A DNA stretch of 64,000 nucleotides from a virus. The translations under genes and the position numbers were made by a program. Below the pieces are notes generated by a model, which was given only the letters and a program-made list of their open reading frames with translations, was not told the DNA's origin and did no database searches. Within the stretch, counting starts at the first letter, position 1. Each line of letters starts with the position of its first letter. This document shows positions 9,429 to 18,300 of the stretch, one piece after another. The stretch lies in the IMG/VR virus record IMGVR_UViG_2929074307_000005. The stretch is one strand, 5' to 3'.

Positions 9429-9710
9429 ATGAAAGATTATGAAACCATAGAAGAAGTGCATCGCATGCACGAGGTGGGCGCCAACCCGACAGAGATCGGA
9501 AATGCGCTTAGCTTGCCCAGATCGACGGTAGCTTCAATTCTGCGTCGTCCTATTCCAAAACCTACAGCCGACCGCATTGTCGTGCGGTGCGTTTCGAACG
9601 GTGGATGGTCCACGGCCAATCACTGCGTCAGTTATATCGCAATGCCACGCATCCGTGCGCTGGAAGCCGCGAACGACAATTACGAACAGCCGGGCGCAAT
9701 CGCAGCCTGA
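9429..9710 (+). CDS. HTH DNA-binding early regulator (Cro/CII-like position)
   Basis: HTH EVGANPTEIGNALSLPRSTVASIL; preceded by caccacACACGAGGAGatcATG; C-terminal AANDN. Confidence 0.6.
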   Translation: MKDYETIEEVHRMHEVGANPTEIGNALSLPRSTVASILRRPIPKPTADRIVVRCVSNGGWSTANHCVSYIAMPRIRALEAANDNYEQPGAIAA

Positions 9711-9767
9711 GCCACGTTGGCCCGCATGTGCAGGCCACAGATCAACCTCCTGACTGGAGGAATATCA

Positions 9768-9971
9768 ATGAAATCTCATAACTTGCGTGAGCCACACAAG
9801 GCTTACCAAACCAAATTCACGCGGACTGGTGAGCGGGACACGACGAACCGCAAGCCTTATCGAACAGCCGCGCAGAAGCTGCATGCCCGAGACACTGCCG
9901 TCCTTAAAGACGGTCGGTATGTTTCTAACGTCCCTGTGTCGTTCAGCAGAACGAAGCGGGGTGCGGCGTGA
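9768..9971 (+). CDS. Hypothetical basic protein
   Basis: GGAGG Shine-Dalgarno sequence before ATG 9768. Confidence 0.45.
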   Translation: MKSHNLREPHKAYQTKFTRTGERDTTNRKPYRTAAQKLHARDTAVLKDGRYVSNVPVSFSRTKRGAA

Positions 9972-10273
9972 CTTGCGAATGCGGTGACTGCTGGGATCTG
10001 CCCGGCTCAATTGTGACCCACAAGCTGACAGGCTGGAAGGGCATCATCATCGGCGACCGAGATGGCTGCATGTTCCTCACGGTGCGGTTCTGGATACCAG
10101 GCACCGGCCTTGGGACGATCGAAGTTTCGCGCTTCGAAGTCGAACCACCTGCCAGTGATGGCGGCGGCGGTGGCGGCTCTGAGGTCGGAACAGAAGAAGA
10201 CAACGTCATTCCGGTCGATTTCACCAAGGGCGTGAAGCTCACTAAAAACACCAAAACACGAGGAGTAGCTTGA
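9968..10273 (+). CDS. Hypothetical protein (Cys-rich N-terminus, Gly run)
   Basis: GTG start overlapping the upstream stop. Confidence 0.45.
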   Translation: MTCECGDCWDLPGSIVTHKLTGWKGIIIGDRDGCMFLTVRFWIPGTGLGTIEVSRFEVEPPASDGGGGGGSEVGTEEDNVIPVDFTKGVKLTKNTKTRGVA

Positions 10274-11073
10274 TGGGTAAACTTAAAGTTGGAGATAAGG
10301 TTAGAAGCCTTGTGACGCAGATCGACGTTCGTGCGGGCAAACTTTACGAGGCCGCTCGCAGTGATGCTGATAGTGGCGTTTGGGTTATCGATGATGTTGG
10401 TGACCAGTTCTACTTGACGAATGAAGAGTTCGAAATTCTGCCGGTTGCGATACCGACATTTGAGGTCGGGGATCGGGTACAAACTATTGCTGACTCACTT
10501 CCTTGGTACAGAGCGGGTGAAGTCGCGGAAGTCGTTATAGCAGATGGCGGAGATGACGATTGCTTTGTTCGATTTAACTCGGATCGAATGGCGAGCGACA
10601 GCTGGTATGTGAAGTGGAAGCATATCCAACTCGCTCCCCTCAAAATCGAAGCAGGCAAATACTACCGCACGCGTGACGGCCGTAAGGTTGGGCCTATGAA
10701 TGCTGCGGAAAGCGAGGGGTATGCTTTTTCTGGTGCATTGGTTGGCGTCGGTTATATTAAGATTTTTCAGTCAACTGGAGTACATGGTTCCATCTACATC
10801 CAGAATGAGCCAGATTTTGACCTCATCGCCGAATGGATTGAGGAGCCTGTCAAGGCATCTGCACCGGTTGCCGTGCAACAGGACTCACCAGAACTAACGC
10901 TCAAGCTCTCATTCGATGCCGTTGATGTAACCAATGCGATCAAAACCACCCTCCTGAAAACAAATCAGGGGTACGGCTTCGAGATTGCACGTCACGGTGA
11001 TTACGTCTGGGTTGATACGGGCAAGAAAGCGCCGATCGTGCTCAAGGCCAACGACGTGCAAGCCGCCGCCTAA
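10273..11073 (+). CDS. Hypothetical protein (267 aa)
   Basis: Conserved aacACGAGGAG element upstream; C-terminal KANDVQAAA. Confidence 0.55.
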   Translation: MGKLKVGDKVRSLVTQIDVRAGKLYEAARSDADSGVWVIDDVGDQFYLTNEEFEILPVAIPTFEVGDRVQTIADSLPWYRAGEVAEVVIADGGDDDCFVRFNSDRMASDSWYVKWKHIQLAPLKIEAGKYYRTRDGRKVGPMNAAESEGYAFSGALVGVGYIKIFQSTGVHGSIYIQNEPDFDLIAEWIEEPVKASAPVAVQQDSPELTLKLSFDAVDVTNAIKTTLLKTNQGYGFEIARHGDYVWVDTGKKAPIVLKANDVQAAA

Positions 11074-11138
11074 CCAGTAAATCCCACCGATAAACCAACC
11101 AGCCCCGCTGCAATCGCGGCGGGGAATGAGGAGGTATT

Positions 11139-11429
11139 ATGCAAAATAGACCGAATGCATTCCAGCGAGTCTTGAGCCGTGAATATGGTGAAGACCGACT
11201 TCTAGGAATGCCAGCACGTGATCATATGCACCACGATCGTCGTATGAATGAGATGGCGCAGATGACTGGCGGCCGTGGGTTTCGCACCCCTTCGAAGGCA
11301 GTTCGACGCTTCGCTGATGGCACCAGTCGTGGCGAACGTAAGCGCCAGCGCCGCGAAACAGCTAACGCAGTTGTTCGTTCAGTGCATGAAGCGGCATGGG
11401 CTCGCACAGCTTATGAGGCCAGCCTTTGA
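11139..11429 (+). CDS. Hypothetical protein
   Basis: GAGGAGG Shine-Dalgarno sequence upstream. Confidence 0.5.
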   Translation: MQNRPNAFQRVLSREYGEDRLLGMPARDHMHHDRRMNEMAQMTGGRGFRTPSKAVRRFADGTSRGERKRQRRETANAVVRSVHEAAWARTAYEASL

Positions 11430-11527
11430 CCGCGCCGTCAAGCAACCGGCCCTTCAAAGACTACGTCGTCGAAGACGACCGCATCTTGTCTAGCGAAACT
11501 ACGCTGGGCTTTGGTGATCGTTTTGTC

Positions 11528-11593
11528 ATGGGGCTGGCAGTTGTCGCAGCGCTTGCGCTGGCAATCGGCTTTTACTCATGGGTGCTGTTGTGA
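11528..11593 (+). CDS. Tiny hydrophobic peptide (21 aa, MGLAVVAALALAIGFYSWVLL)
   Basis: First of four chained small transmembrane ORFs; GTGA overlap with the next. Confidence 0.3.
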   Translation: MGLAVVAALALAIGFYSWVLL

Positions 11594-11751
11594 ACGTCGT
11601 CACGCCAGCCGACAATGGCACCGGTAAGATAGCGCGTTCGCTGGCTTTGACCGGCTTCACCCTTGGGTTCTTGCTGATCGTGGCAGGATTGATTTTTTGG
11701 AACGCAGTGTTGCCGTTCTACGGCCTGCTTTATTTGTGGGGTGCGTCATGA
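11590..11751 (+). CDS. Small membrane peptide (53 aa)
   Basis: GTG start; hydrophobic LTGFTLGFLLIVAGLIFW; ATGA overlap with the next. Confidence 0.3.
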   Translation: MNVVTPADNGTGKIARSLALTGFTLGFLLIVAGLIFWNAVLPFYGLLYLWGAS

Positions 11752-11849
11752 CCTACCCACGGTTCCCCACAATGACGACGGAAGCTCCAGTCTGGCTGAT
11801 CGGCTCGCTCATCCTGCTGGCCATGATGGTCGGTCTGAAAATCCTATGA
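11748..11849 (+). CDS. Small membrane peptide (33 aa)
   Basis: PVWLIGSLILLAMMVGL; ATGA overlaps at both ends. Confidence 0.3.
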   Translation: MTYPRFPTMTTEAPVWLIGSLILLAMMVGLKIL

Positions 11850-11956
11850 ACGCCTTAGCTCTAATAGGCGGGATCGTCGTTTGCGCAATCATCGCCTACG
11901 GGGTCGCGCAGATCGTTGCAAACACCACACCACCAAAAAACACGAGGAGAAAATAA
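11846..11956 (+). CDS. Small membrane peptide (36 aa)
   Basis: LALIGGIVVCAIIAYGV; its 3' end encodes the ACACGAGGAG element of the next gene. Confidence 0.3.
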   Translation: MNALALIGGIVVCAIIAYGVAQIVANTTPPKNTRRK

Positions 11957-12807
11957 TGCGAGGCATCGCGGCACTATTTGCGGGCTTTGTGGCCCTTCTA
12001 GTCACTATCACCGTCGTATTCGGCTCTTGGTACACCATCGACCAAGGCGAAAGAGGCGTGCTGTTGCGCAACGGGGCGGTTGTTGGCTCTGCACAGCCCG
12101 GTCTTGGCTTTAAAACGCCTTGGATTGAGGAGGTTGTGAAGGTGTCTGTGCAGTCACGCGCTCAGATTTACAAGGAAGTGCCCGCTTATTCGAAAGATCA
12201 GCAGTCAGCCATCCTTGCGCTTTCTGTCAATTATCGCATTCCCGCAGATCAGGTGACTGAAGTCTATGGCACGTATGGAGGTGAGGATGGCTTGCTTGCT
12301 CGTCTTGTTGATCGGCGCGTCAATGAAGATCTGAAGACCGTTTTTGGCAGGTTTACCGCTGTGCAGGCCATTCAGGAACGAGGGCGGTTAAATATGGAGG
12401 TTGCGACAGCCGTTCAAAATTCGGTCAAAGGTCCGGTGATTATCGACAGCGTGCAGATCGAAAACATCGACTTTTCCGATGTCTATGAAGCCAGCATTGA
12501 GCAGCGAATGCTTGCGGAAGTCGAAGTGCAGAAACTTCGCCAAAACGCCGAGCGCGAAAAGGTTCAAGCCGAAATCACTGTGACACAGGCAAAGGCCAAT
12601 GCGGACGCTGTGCGTGCTCAATCCAATGCTGAAGCCGAAGCAATCCGTATCAAAGGCGACGCCGAAGCGGCTTCTATCAAGGCACGTGGCGATGCGCTGC
12701 GCGAAAATCCCGGTCTTGTGGCTCTGACGCAAGCCGAGAAGTGGAATGGCCAGTTGCCAACCACGATGTTACCGGGCGGCTCGGTGCCGATGCTGCAGCT
12801 GCGATAA
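11956..12807 (+). CDS. SPFH / band-7 (prohibitin/HflC-like) membrane protein
   Basis: N-terminal transmembrane helix, SPFH core, and C-terminal Ala/Glu-rich coiled coil (AEVEVQKLRQNAEREKVQAEI...). Confidence 0.8.
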   Translation: MRGIAALFAGFVALLVTITVVFGSWYTIDQGERGVLLRNGAVVGSAQPGLGFKTPWIEEVVKVSVQSRAQIYKEVPAYSKDQQSAILALSVNYRIPADQVTEVYGTYGGEDGLLARLVDRRVNEDLKTVFGRFTAVQAIQERGRLNMEVATAVQNSVKGPVIIDSVQIENIDFSDVYEASIEQRMLAEVEVQKLRQNAEREKVQAEITVTQAKANADAVRAQSNAEAEAIRIKGDAEAASIKARGDALRENPGLVALTQAEKWNGQLPTTMLPGGSVPMLQLR

Positions 12808-12871
12808 GCAAACTCGGCGGGGTTCGCTCCGCCACACCACCACCCCACCAAACACACACGAGGAGTTAATT

Positions 12872-13645
12872 ATGGCTATCAGCCTATCAAGCCTCAAATC
12901 GACGAAGAGAAACGACCGGCCAGTCATGCTTTTGTATGGCGTCGACGGTATCGGCAAGACCAGCCTTGCTGCTGAGTTTCCAGATCCGATCTATCTGGCC
13001 ACAGAAGGCGAGCGTCCGCCGTCTGATATTGAAATGGCAACGCCAGGCACGATTGAAAGCTTCGAAGACCTGCTCAACATCATCGGCGAACTGCTGACCG
13101 TTGAACATGATCGGCGCACCGTCATTATCGACAGCGTCGACGGATTAGAACCGCTTGTCTGGGCGGCAACCTGTGCCCGCTTAGGAGTAAGCAGTATTGA
13201 AGAGCCTGGGTTCGGGCGTGGTTACGTCGAGGCTGATAGCGAGTGGCACGAGCTGATGTCTGCAGTCTCAGCGCTCTCGCGTACTGGAATCCACGTCGTG
13301 ATGCTGGCCCACCCTGAGATTATTCGGTTCGACAGTCCAGTCACCGATCCATACTCACGCTACACGATAAAGTTGCATAAACGAGCCAATTCTCTCGTCC
13401 GGGAAAAAGTCGATATCGTGGCCTTCATGAATTATCGCGTGTCCATCAAGGAGAAAGAGGTCGCTCGCCAAACGAAGGTGGCGCACGCGGAAGGTGGCAA
13501 GGAGCGTAATATTCATCTGAACGAAGGTGCGGGCTATGTGGCGAAAAATCGCTTCTCTATGCCGGACTCGATCGTTTACCGAAAAGGTCAGGGCTACGCT
13601 GAGTTAGCAAAGTTCTGGGCTGAAGAAAAAGCTGAAGCTGCATAG
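12872..13645 (+). CDS. P-loop ATPase, Sak4/AAA_24-like (RecA-fold recombination-associated)
   Basis: Walker A GVDGIGKTSLA near the N-terminus; size and context (next to an SSB-like gene). Confidence 0.65.
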   Translation: MAISLSSLKSTKRNDRPVMLLYGVDGIGKTSLAAEFPDPIYLATEGERPPSDIEMATPGTIESFEDLLNIIGELLTVEHDRRTVIIDSVDGLEPLVWAATCARLGVSSIEEPGFGRGYVEADSEWHELMSAVSALSRTGIHVVMLAHPEIIRFDSPVTDPYSRYTIKLHKRANSLVREKVDIVAFMNYRVSIKEKEVARQTKVAHAEGGKERNIHLNEGAGYVAKNRFSMPDSIVYRKGQGYAELAKFWAEEKAEAA

Positions 13646-13647
13646 GC

Positions 13648-14283
13648 TTGCTGTTCGAGTTGAAAAGCCTGCCTAAATCCAAAGCGGAAGCAATGGCGCT
13701 AGGTGTAAGGCACTTCTTCACTGGAATTCCGTGCACTCGTGGACACGTTGCGAAAAGGTACGCTAGCACGGGTCAGTGTACTGAATGCCAGTACCTCCAT
13801 AGGCTCAACTGGAAAAGCAATAATCCCGAAAAAGAAGCCGAGAGCAGACTTCAAGGCGTACGAGCATGGGCGCTACGAAATCCAGATCGGAAACGAGATT
13901 TGGCGCGTAAGTCAAATGCAAAGCCAGATGTCTCGGCGAACAACGTAGCAAGAGCGAAGCGATGGAGAGACAAAAACCCTGAGCAGGCCAGAAACTCTCG
14001 GCTGGTATCTAATCGGAATAGGCGCTCAAGAAAGAGGGGGGCTGAAGGTACTCATATCGCCGAAGACATAGCAAACATACTGAAGCGCCAAAAATACAGA
14101 TGCGCTGAATGTGGAGTTTCGGTCCGAAAGATTGAGCAGCGGCATGTTGATCACATCGTACCCTTAGCTTTGGGTGGATCTAATTGGCCATCTAACCTGC
14201 AAGTACTCTGTCCTGCTTGCAATCTGCATAAAGCGGCGAAAGATCCGCTAGTTTTCGCTCGGCAAAAAGGGCGACTTATTTAA
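13648..14283 (+). CDS. HNH endonuclease
   Basis: CAECGVS...HVDHIVPLALGGSNWPSNLQVLCPACNLHK. Confidence 0.7.
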   Translation: MLFELKSLPKSKAEAMALGVRHFFTGIPCTRGHVAKRYASTGQCTECQYLHRLNWKSNNPEKEAESRLQGVRAWALRNPDRKRDLARKSNAKPDVSANNVARAKRWRDKNPEQARNSRLVSNRNRRSRKRGAEGTHIAEDIANILKRQKYRCAECGVSVRKIEQRHVDHIVPLALGGSNWPSNLQVLCPACNLHKAAKDPLVFARQKGRLI

Positions 14284-14311
14284 CCACATCACCAACACGA
14301 GGAACTAACAC

Positions 14312-14881
14312 ATGGCATCACTAGGTAAGACCTACGTCGCAGGTGACGTAGATACCACGCAGAAAGACTTTGAAGACCTGCCTGCGGGTATCATGCAGTT
14401 CGAGATCGAAGCTACAGACGTTGTTGAAACCGGGCCCGAAGGCGCAAGAACCGGCGTCGGCCTCAAGTACACGGCGAACGTGCTCGCTCCTGAAGAAGTC
14501 TCAGGACGCAAGTTTTTTGGCTTCATCAATCTCGAGAACAAGAACCCTACGGCGCAAGAAATTGGTCAGCGCGAGTTTGCTTCGCTCCGCCGTGCCTGTG
14601 GGATTGACCAAATCGACGACACTGAAGAACTGCATTTCCGAACCTACACCGTGAAGCTTGGATTGGGTCGACCTTCCAAGGATGGGAAATATCCAGCGCG
14701 CATGGAAGTAAAGCGTTACTTCTTCCCCGATGAAGGCAACGTGCCAGAGCCGAGCATTGACGCTCAGCAGCCTGCGGCGGCAGCGCAGCGGCCTGCCAAC
14801 GACAACCGTCTTGCAGCGGCAAACAATAACAAGCCTGCGCAGCCTGCAAAAGCTGCGGGCAGCCGTCCCTGGTCTAAGTAA
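14312..14881 (+). CDS. SSB-like protein (DUF669-like), tentative
   Basis: Size, acidic/Pro/Ala-rich C-terminal tail with ANDN, and position after a Sak4-like ATPase. Confidence 0.45.
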   Translation: MASLGKTYVAGDVDTTQKDFEDLPAGIMQFEIEATDVVETGPEGARTGVGLKYTANVLAPEEVSGRKFFGFINLENKNPTAQEIGQREFASLRRACGIDQIDDTEELHFRTYTVKLGLGRPSKDGKYPARMEVKRYFFPDEGNVPEPSIDAQQPAAAAQRPANDNRLAAANNNKPAQPAKAAGSRPWSK

Positions 14882-14937
14882 GCGCCAACAAGCTGCCGGT
14901 GCTTTCGCGCCGGTGGCTCCGCAAGAGTGAGGGAAGA

Positions 14938-15126
14938 ATGAATTACGAATACAACGTTGAAGAAGCTACAGAATACCTTTCGACCGGAGGTCTCGGCGAA
15001 GTGATCGGGCTGACTAATATTGCGAGGCAGAACCTACAACCCAAGGTTCAAGTCGATACCGATATGGCAATGGCGCTTTGTTTGCTTGCTGATGAAGCAT
15101 TGAAGGCGCGGAAGGTTGAAGTATGA
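14938..15126 (+). CDS. Hypothetical small protein
   Basis: Shine-Dalgarno sequence before ATG 14938. Confidence 0.4.
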   Translation: MNYEYNVEEATEYLSTGGLGEVIGLTNIARQNLQPKVQVDTDMAMALCLLADEALKARKVEV

Positions 15127-15395
15127 ATCTAGCAGAGTTTAAAGCATGGCTTGAAGGCTATAGCGCGTCTTTTAAGGAAGGCGCCCCCAGCCAAGAACAG
15201 TGGGCTATTATCAGCAAGAAACTGGGCGGTGTGATTGCGCCATTTGCAACACAGCCTGCAATTTCAAAACTGCCACCTATTGGTGAGCCTTGGCTGGATC
15301 GTCAAACCGTGCCGAAAGTTTGGTACGAAACCAAGATTATCAGTGACGACCGACCAATGATGCAGTCATGGAATAGCGCCGTCCTTCACGGATAA
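15123..15395 (+). CDS. Hypothetical protein
   Basis: ATGA overlap with the upstream gene. Confidence 0.45.
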   Translation: MNLAEFKAWLEGYSASFKEGAPSQEQWAIISKKLGGVIAPFATQPAISKLPPIGEPWLDRQTVPKVWYETKIISDDRPMMQSWNSAVLHG

Positions 15396-15456
15396 CGCAC
15401 CAACCATGGCGCGGTCACCAGCCGCGCCTGACACCACCAACACGAGGAGAAAACCC

Positions 15457-16515
15457 ATGCGGGTAACGCTTGACCGAGCGCAGCTTGCGCACGCCTTGTC
15501 GACCGTGACAAAGGCAGTTGAGGCCAGAACGACAATTCCGATTCTTGGCAACGTGCTTTTGTCCGCGGACAAAGGACAGCTGAGCATCACTGGCACCAAT
15601 CTCGATCTGGAAATCAGCACCAGTTTGCCGGTTCTGGATAGCCAAGAAGGCACTGTCACAGTTGCGGGTAAGTTGCTTCTGGATATTGCCAAGCGCGCCA
15701 CGAGTGACGTTAATTTGGAAGCCGACGGCAATCATCTGGTCGTTAAATCTGGCAAGAGCCGTTTCAAACTCGACACGCTTCCAGCTGCGGACTTCCCGTC
15801 CTTCAATCGCGGAAGCTTCGACACGACGATCGACATCGATCTAGCCGCGCTTGTTGGTGCGGTTAACTTCGCTGTCAGTAACGAAGACACCCGCTATTAC
15901 CTGAACGGCGTATTTTTGGAAGCGAAGGACGGCCAGATTGTTGCCACGGCAACAGACGGACATCGCCTTGCATCGACACGCATTGAGCAGGAAGCCACGT
16001 TTGCACCCGTTATTCTGCCGAACAAGCTGCTGTCATTGCTGCCCACCGGAGTCGTGTCGGTTTCGCTGTCATCAAACAAGGTGATGGTCGAGGTCGGTTC
16101 GACTGTCATCGTGTCGAAACTCGTCGACGGCACTTATCCAGATTACGAGCGCGTTATTCCAAAGCCCTCGGAGCGTGTCGCTACTCTGTCGGCTAAAGCA
16201 CTGCGCGAAGCAGTCGGCCGCACATCAGTTATCGCCAGCGAGCGTGGGCGCGCTGTGCGCTTATCATTCGCTTCGGATGCTCTGACGTTGAACGTTGCTA
16301 ATCCAGATCGCGGCGATGCGACTGAGGAGATGGAAGTCAACTTCAGTAGCGAGCCGCTGACGATCGGTTTTAACGGCCAATATGTCACCGACCTCATGGC
16401 AGCGTTTGGCGCGGATGAAGTTACGATGTCGATGGCCGATTCCGGTTCGCCTGCGCTGATCACGTCGGCAAGTAGGCCGGGATACAGGTGCGTACTTATG
16501 CCGATGCGGGTTTAG
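15457..16515 (+). CDS. dnaN: DNA polymerase III beta subunit (sliding clamp), phage-encoded
   Basis: N-terminus MRVTLDRAQLAHALSTVTKAVEARTTIPILGNVLL; three-domain length; conserved initiation element upstream. Confidence 0.85.
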   Translation: MRVTLDRAQLAHALSTVTKAVEARTTIPILGNVLLSADKGQLSITGTNLDLEISTSLPVLDSQEGTVTVAGKLLLDIAKRATSDVNLEADGNHLVVKSGKSRFKLDTLPAADFPSFNRGSFDTTIDIDLAALVGAVNFAVSNEDTRYYLNGVFLEAKDGQIVATATDGHRLASTRIEQEATFAPVILPNKLLSLLPTGVVSVSLSSNKVMVEVGSTVIVSKLVDGTYPDYERVIPKPSERVATLSAKALREAVGRTSVIASERGRAVRLSFASDALTLNVANPDRGDATEEMEVNFSSEPLTIGFNGQYVTDLMAAFGADEVTMSMADSGSPALITSASRPGYRCVLMPMRV

Positions 16516-16523
16516 GTGGTGAA

Positions 16524-16748
16524 ATGAAGTTTAATTGCGGGCTAACACCAGAAGAGCTACGGGAAGAGAAACGCAAGAAATGGTGCGTGTGGCATAAATG
16601 GTTTGCTTGGCATCCTGTGCGCGTTGGTAGATCGGATTGCCGCTGGCTTGAAACAGTTGAGCGTAAAGCTCAGTATGTTTCTGTCGGTATAATTCTGGAA
16701 GCCAGACCCTATGAGTGCGAATACCGCGCTGTTGAGAAGCCATCGTAA
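16524..16748 (+). CDS. Hypothetical Trp/Cys-rich small protein
   Basis: Shine-Dalgarno sequence upstream; TAATG overlap with the next gene. Confidence 0.4.
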   Translation: MKFNCGLTPEELREEKRKKWCVWHKWFAWHPVRVGRSDCRWLETVERKAQYVSVGIILEARPYECEYRAVEKPS

Positions 16749-17674
16749 TGGCTCCACTCCCCAAACCACAATCGACAACCGTCGGCGCGATCTACGCTGC
16801 TTACGAGGCCCAGGCGAAATCCTGGGACTCGTGGGGCATCAGCGTGGGCGAGGCGGGCACCGAATGCGACAGGGCGCTTTGGTATGGTTTCCGATGGGCG
16901 TCAGCCCACGAAGTCCACAGCGGCCGACAGCTACGCTTGTTTGCAACGGGTAACATCGAAGAGGATCGGCTTGTCGCTGATCTCGAGCGCATCGGCGTCG
17001 ACGTGCACGGGCAGCAAGACAAGATCCGGCTTGTGTCAGGGTTCGTGCGCGGCAAATGCGATGGGAAGGCAATGAATGTGCCTGAAGCGTCGAAGACTGA
17101 GCATCTGCTAGAGTTTAAATCGAGCAATGCCAATGGCTTCGCGCTGATTGTTAAGGATGGTTGTCAGAAAGCAAAGCCGCTTCATTATGCGCAGTGCCAG
17201 CTTGGAATGCACGCCTTCGGTCTGACACGATGCCTTTATCTCGTCTCGTGCAAGGACAGCGACAGCCTTTATTCCGAGCGCATCGAATACGATCTGGAAT
17301 TCTGCCTGCGACTTGTGGCGCGCTGCGAACGCATCGTGTTTTCGGACATGCCTCCAAGCAGAATTAGCGAAAACCCGGAGTTCTTCGGATGCATGTTTTG
17401 CAAGCACAAAGCGGTCTGTCACCACGACGCACAGCCACGAGTGAACTGCCGAACCTGCCTTCATGCTCAGCCTGAAAGCGGCGGTGATTGCCATATCTCA
17501 TGCGCACGATGGGCAAAGCCTTTGTCGATCGACGAACAGCGTGACGGCTGCCCGGCGCACTTGTATCTGCCGGGCATGGTGAATGGCGAACAGATCGACG
17601 TCGATGAGGATGCCGAGACGATCACTTACAGGATGAAGTCGGGTGAGGTGTGGGTGGATGGGGCTAAGGGTTAG
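16748..17674 (+). CDS. Cas4-like PD-(D/E)XK exonuclease with an Fe-S cysteine cluster
   Basis: EFK (ExK) motif and QxxxY-like HYAQCQ; N-terminal Cys plus C-terminal CMFCKHKAVC (C-x2-C-x5-C). Confidence 0.7.
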   Translation: MAPLPKPQSTTVGAIYAAYEAQAKSWDSWGISVGEAGTECDRALWYGFRWASAHEVHSGRQLRLFATGNIEEDRLVADLERIGVDVHGQQDKIRLVSGFVRGKCDGKAMNVPEASKTEHLLEFKSSNANGFALIVKDGCQKAKPLHYAQCQLGMHAFGLTRCLYLVSCKDSDSLYSERIEYDLEFCLRLVARCERIVFSDMPPSRISENPEFFGCMFCKHKAVCHHDAQPRVNCRTCLHAQPESGGDCHISCARWAKPLSIDEQRDGCPAHLYLPGMVNGEQIDVDEDAETITYRMKSGEVWVDGAKG

Positions 17675-18285
17675 GACCAGTATTGGGAAAGCTCACGAAA
17701 CTCATGGTCTAACCGGTCTCTCAGTGACTGTGCTTGAAGTTGAAGTATTCGATATCGATTACGTAAATCTAACTCGTCGTCGTGCCCAAAATAGTGCTTG
17801 TGAAACGACTGGATTGTTCCATTTAACGATTGAAAAGAATAAACAAACCCGGGGGCTAGTACCTTGGTGGCCCTGTCAATGTAAGTATCGTCAAATGGGC
17901 CAATATTAAACCCGTCGACGTCAGGATCGCGGTTGGCTAGTTGTTCATCGAATGTCATGCATAGCATTGAGCTGCACCAATCAGAGGCCGCTATCATAAC
18001 GTCAAGCTGCTCTTTGAACGACCGTCTAATGCTGGCCGCATGCTGCCGACGATTAGCGTCCAACTGTTGCTTTGCAACGACCACAGCAACGAGAACTGGG
18101 ATTCCAGCAAGGATCGTTCCGTAATTCTTCATAAGATCCAAGAATGCTTCGCCGAAGGTCGGCATCTTTGAATAGAGGGCGCCAAATACCATCGCGCATA
18201 CGCCGACATATACAACCGTTGCGACGTACAAAATCGATGAAGAAAACTGCTCGTTTTCTTTTTCAGCTTTCTCTTTATCAGACAA
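17671..18285 (-). CDS. Two-transmembrane membrane protein on the opposite strand in a low-GC island (moron; candidate exclusion or abortive-infection gene)
   Basis: Two N-terminal transmembrane helices plus a ~120-aa soluble domain; AT-rich relative to its flanks; antisense to the early operon. Confidence 0.55.
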   Translation of the reverse strand: MSDKEKAEKENEQFSSSILYVATVVYVGVCAMVFGALYSKMPTFGEAFLDLMKNYGTILAGIPVLVAVVVAKQQLDANRRQHAASIRRSFKEQLDVMIAASDWCSSMLCMTFDEQLANRDPDVDGFNIGPFDDTYIDRATKVLAPGFVYSFQSLNGTIQSFHKHYFGHDDELDLRNRYRILQLQAQSLRDRLDHEFRELSQYWS

Positions 18286-18300
18286 GGTAACGCCCCCAAC

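Noticed and set aside
9943-10482. 179-aa minus-strand ORF
   Set aside because: It is antisense to two plus-strand genes that have the conserved ACACGAGGAG start context.
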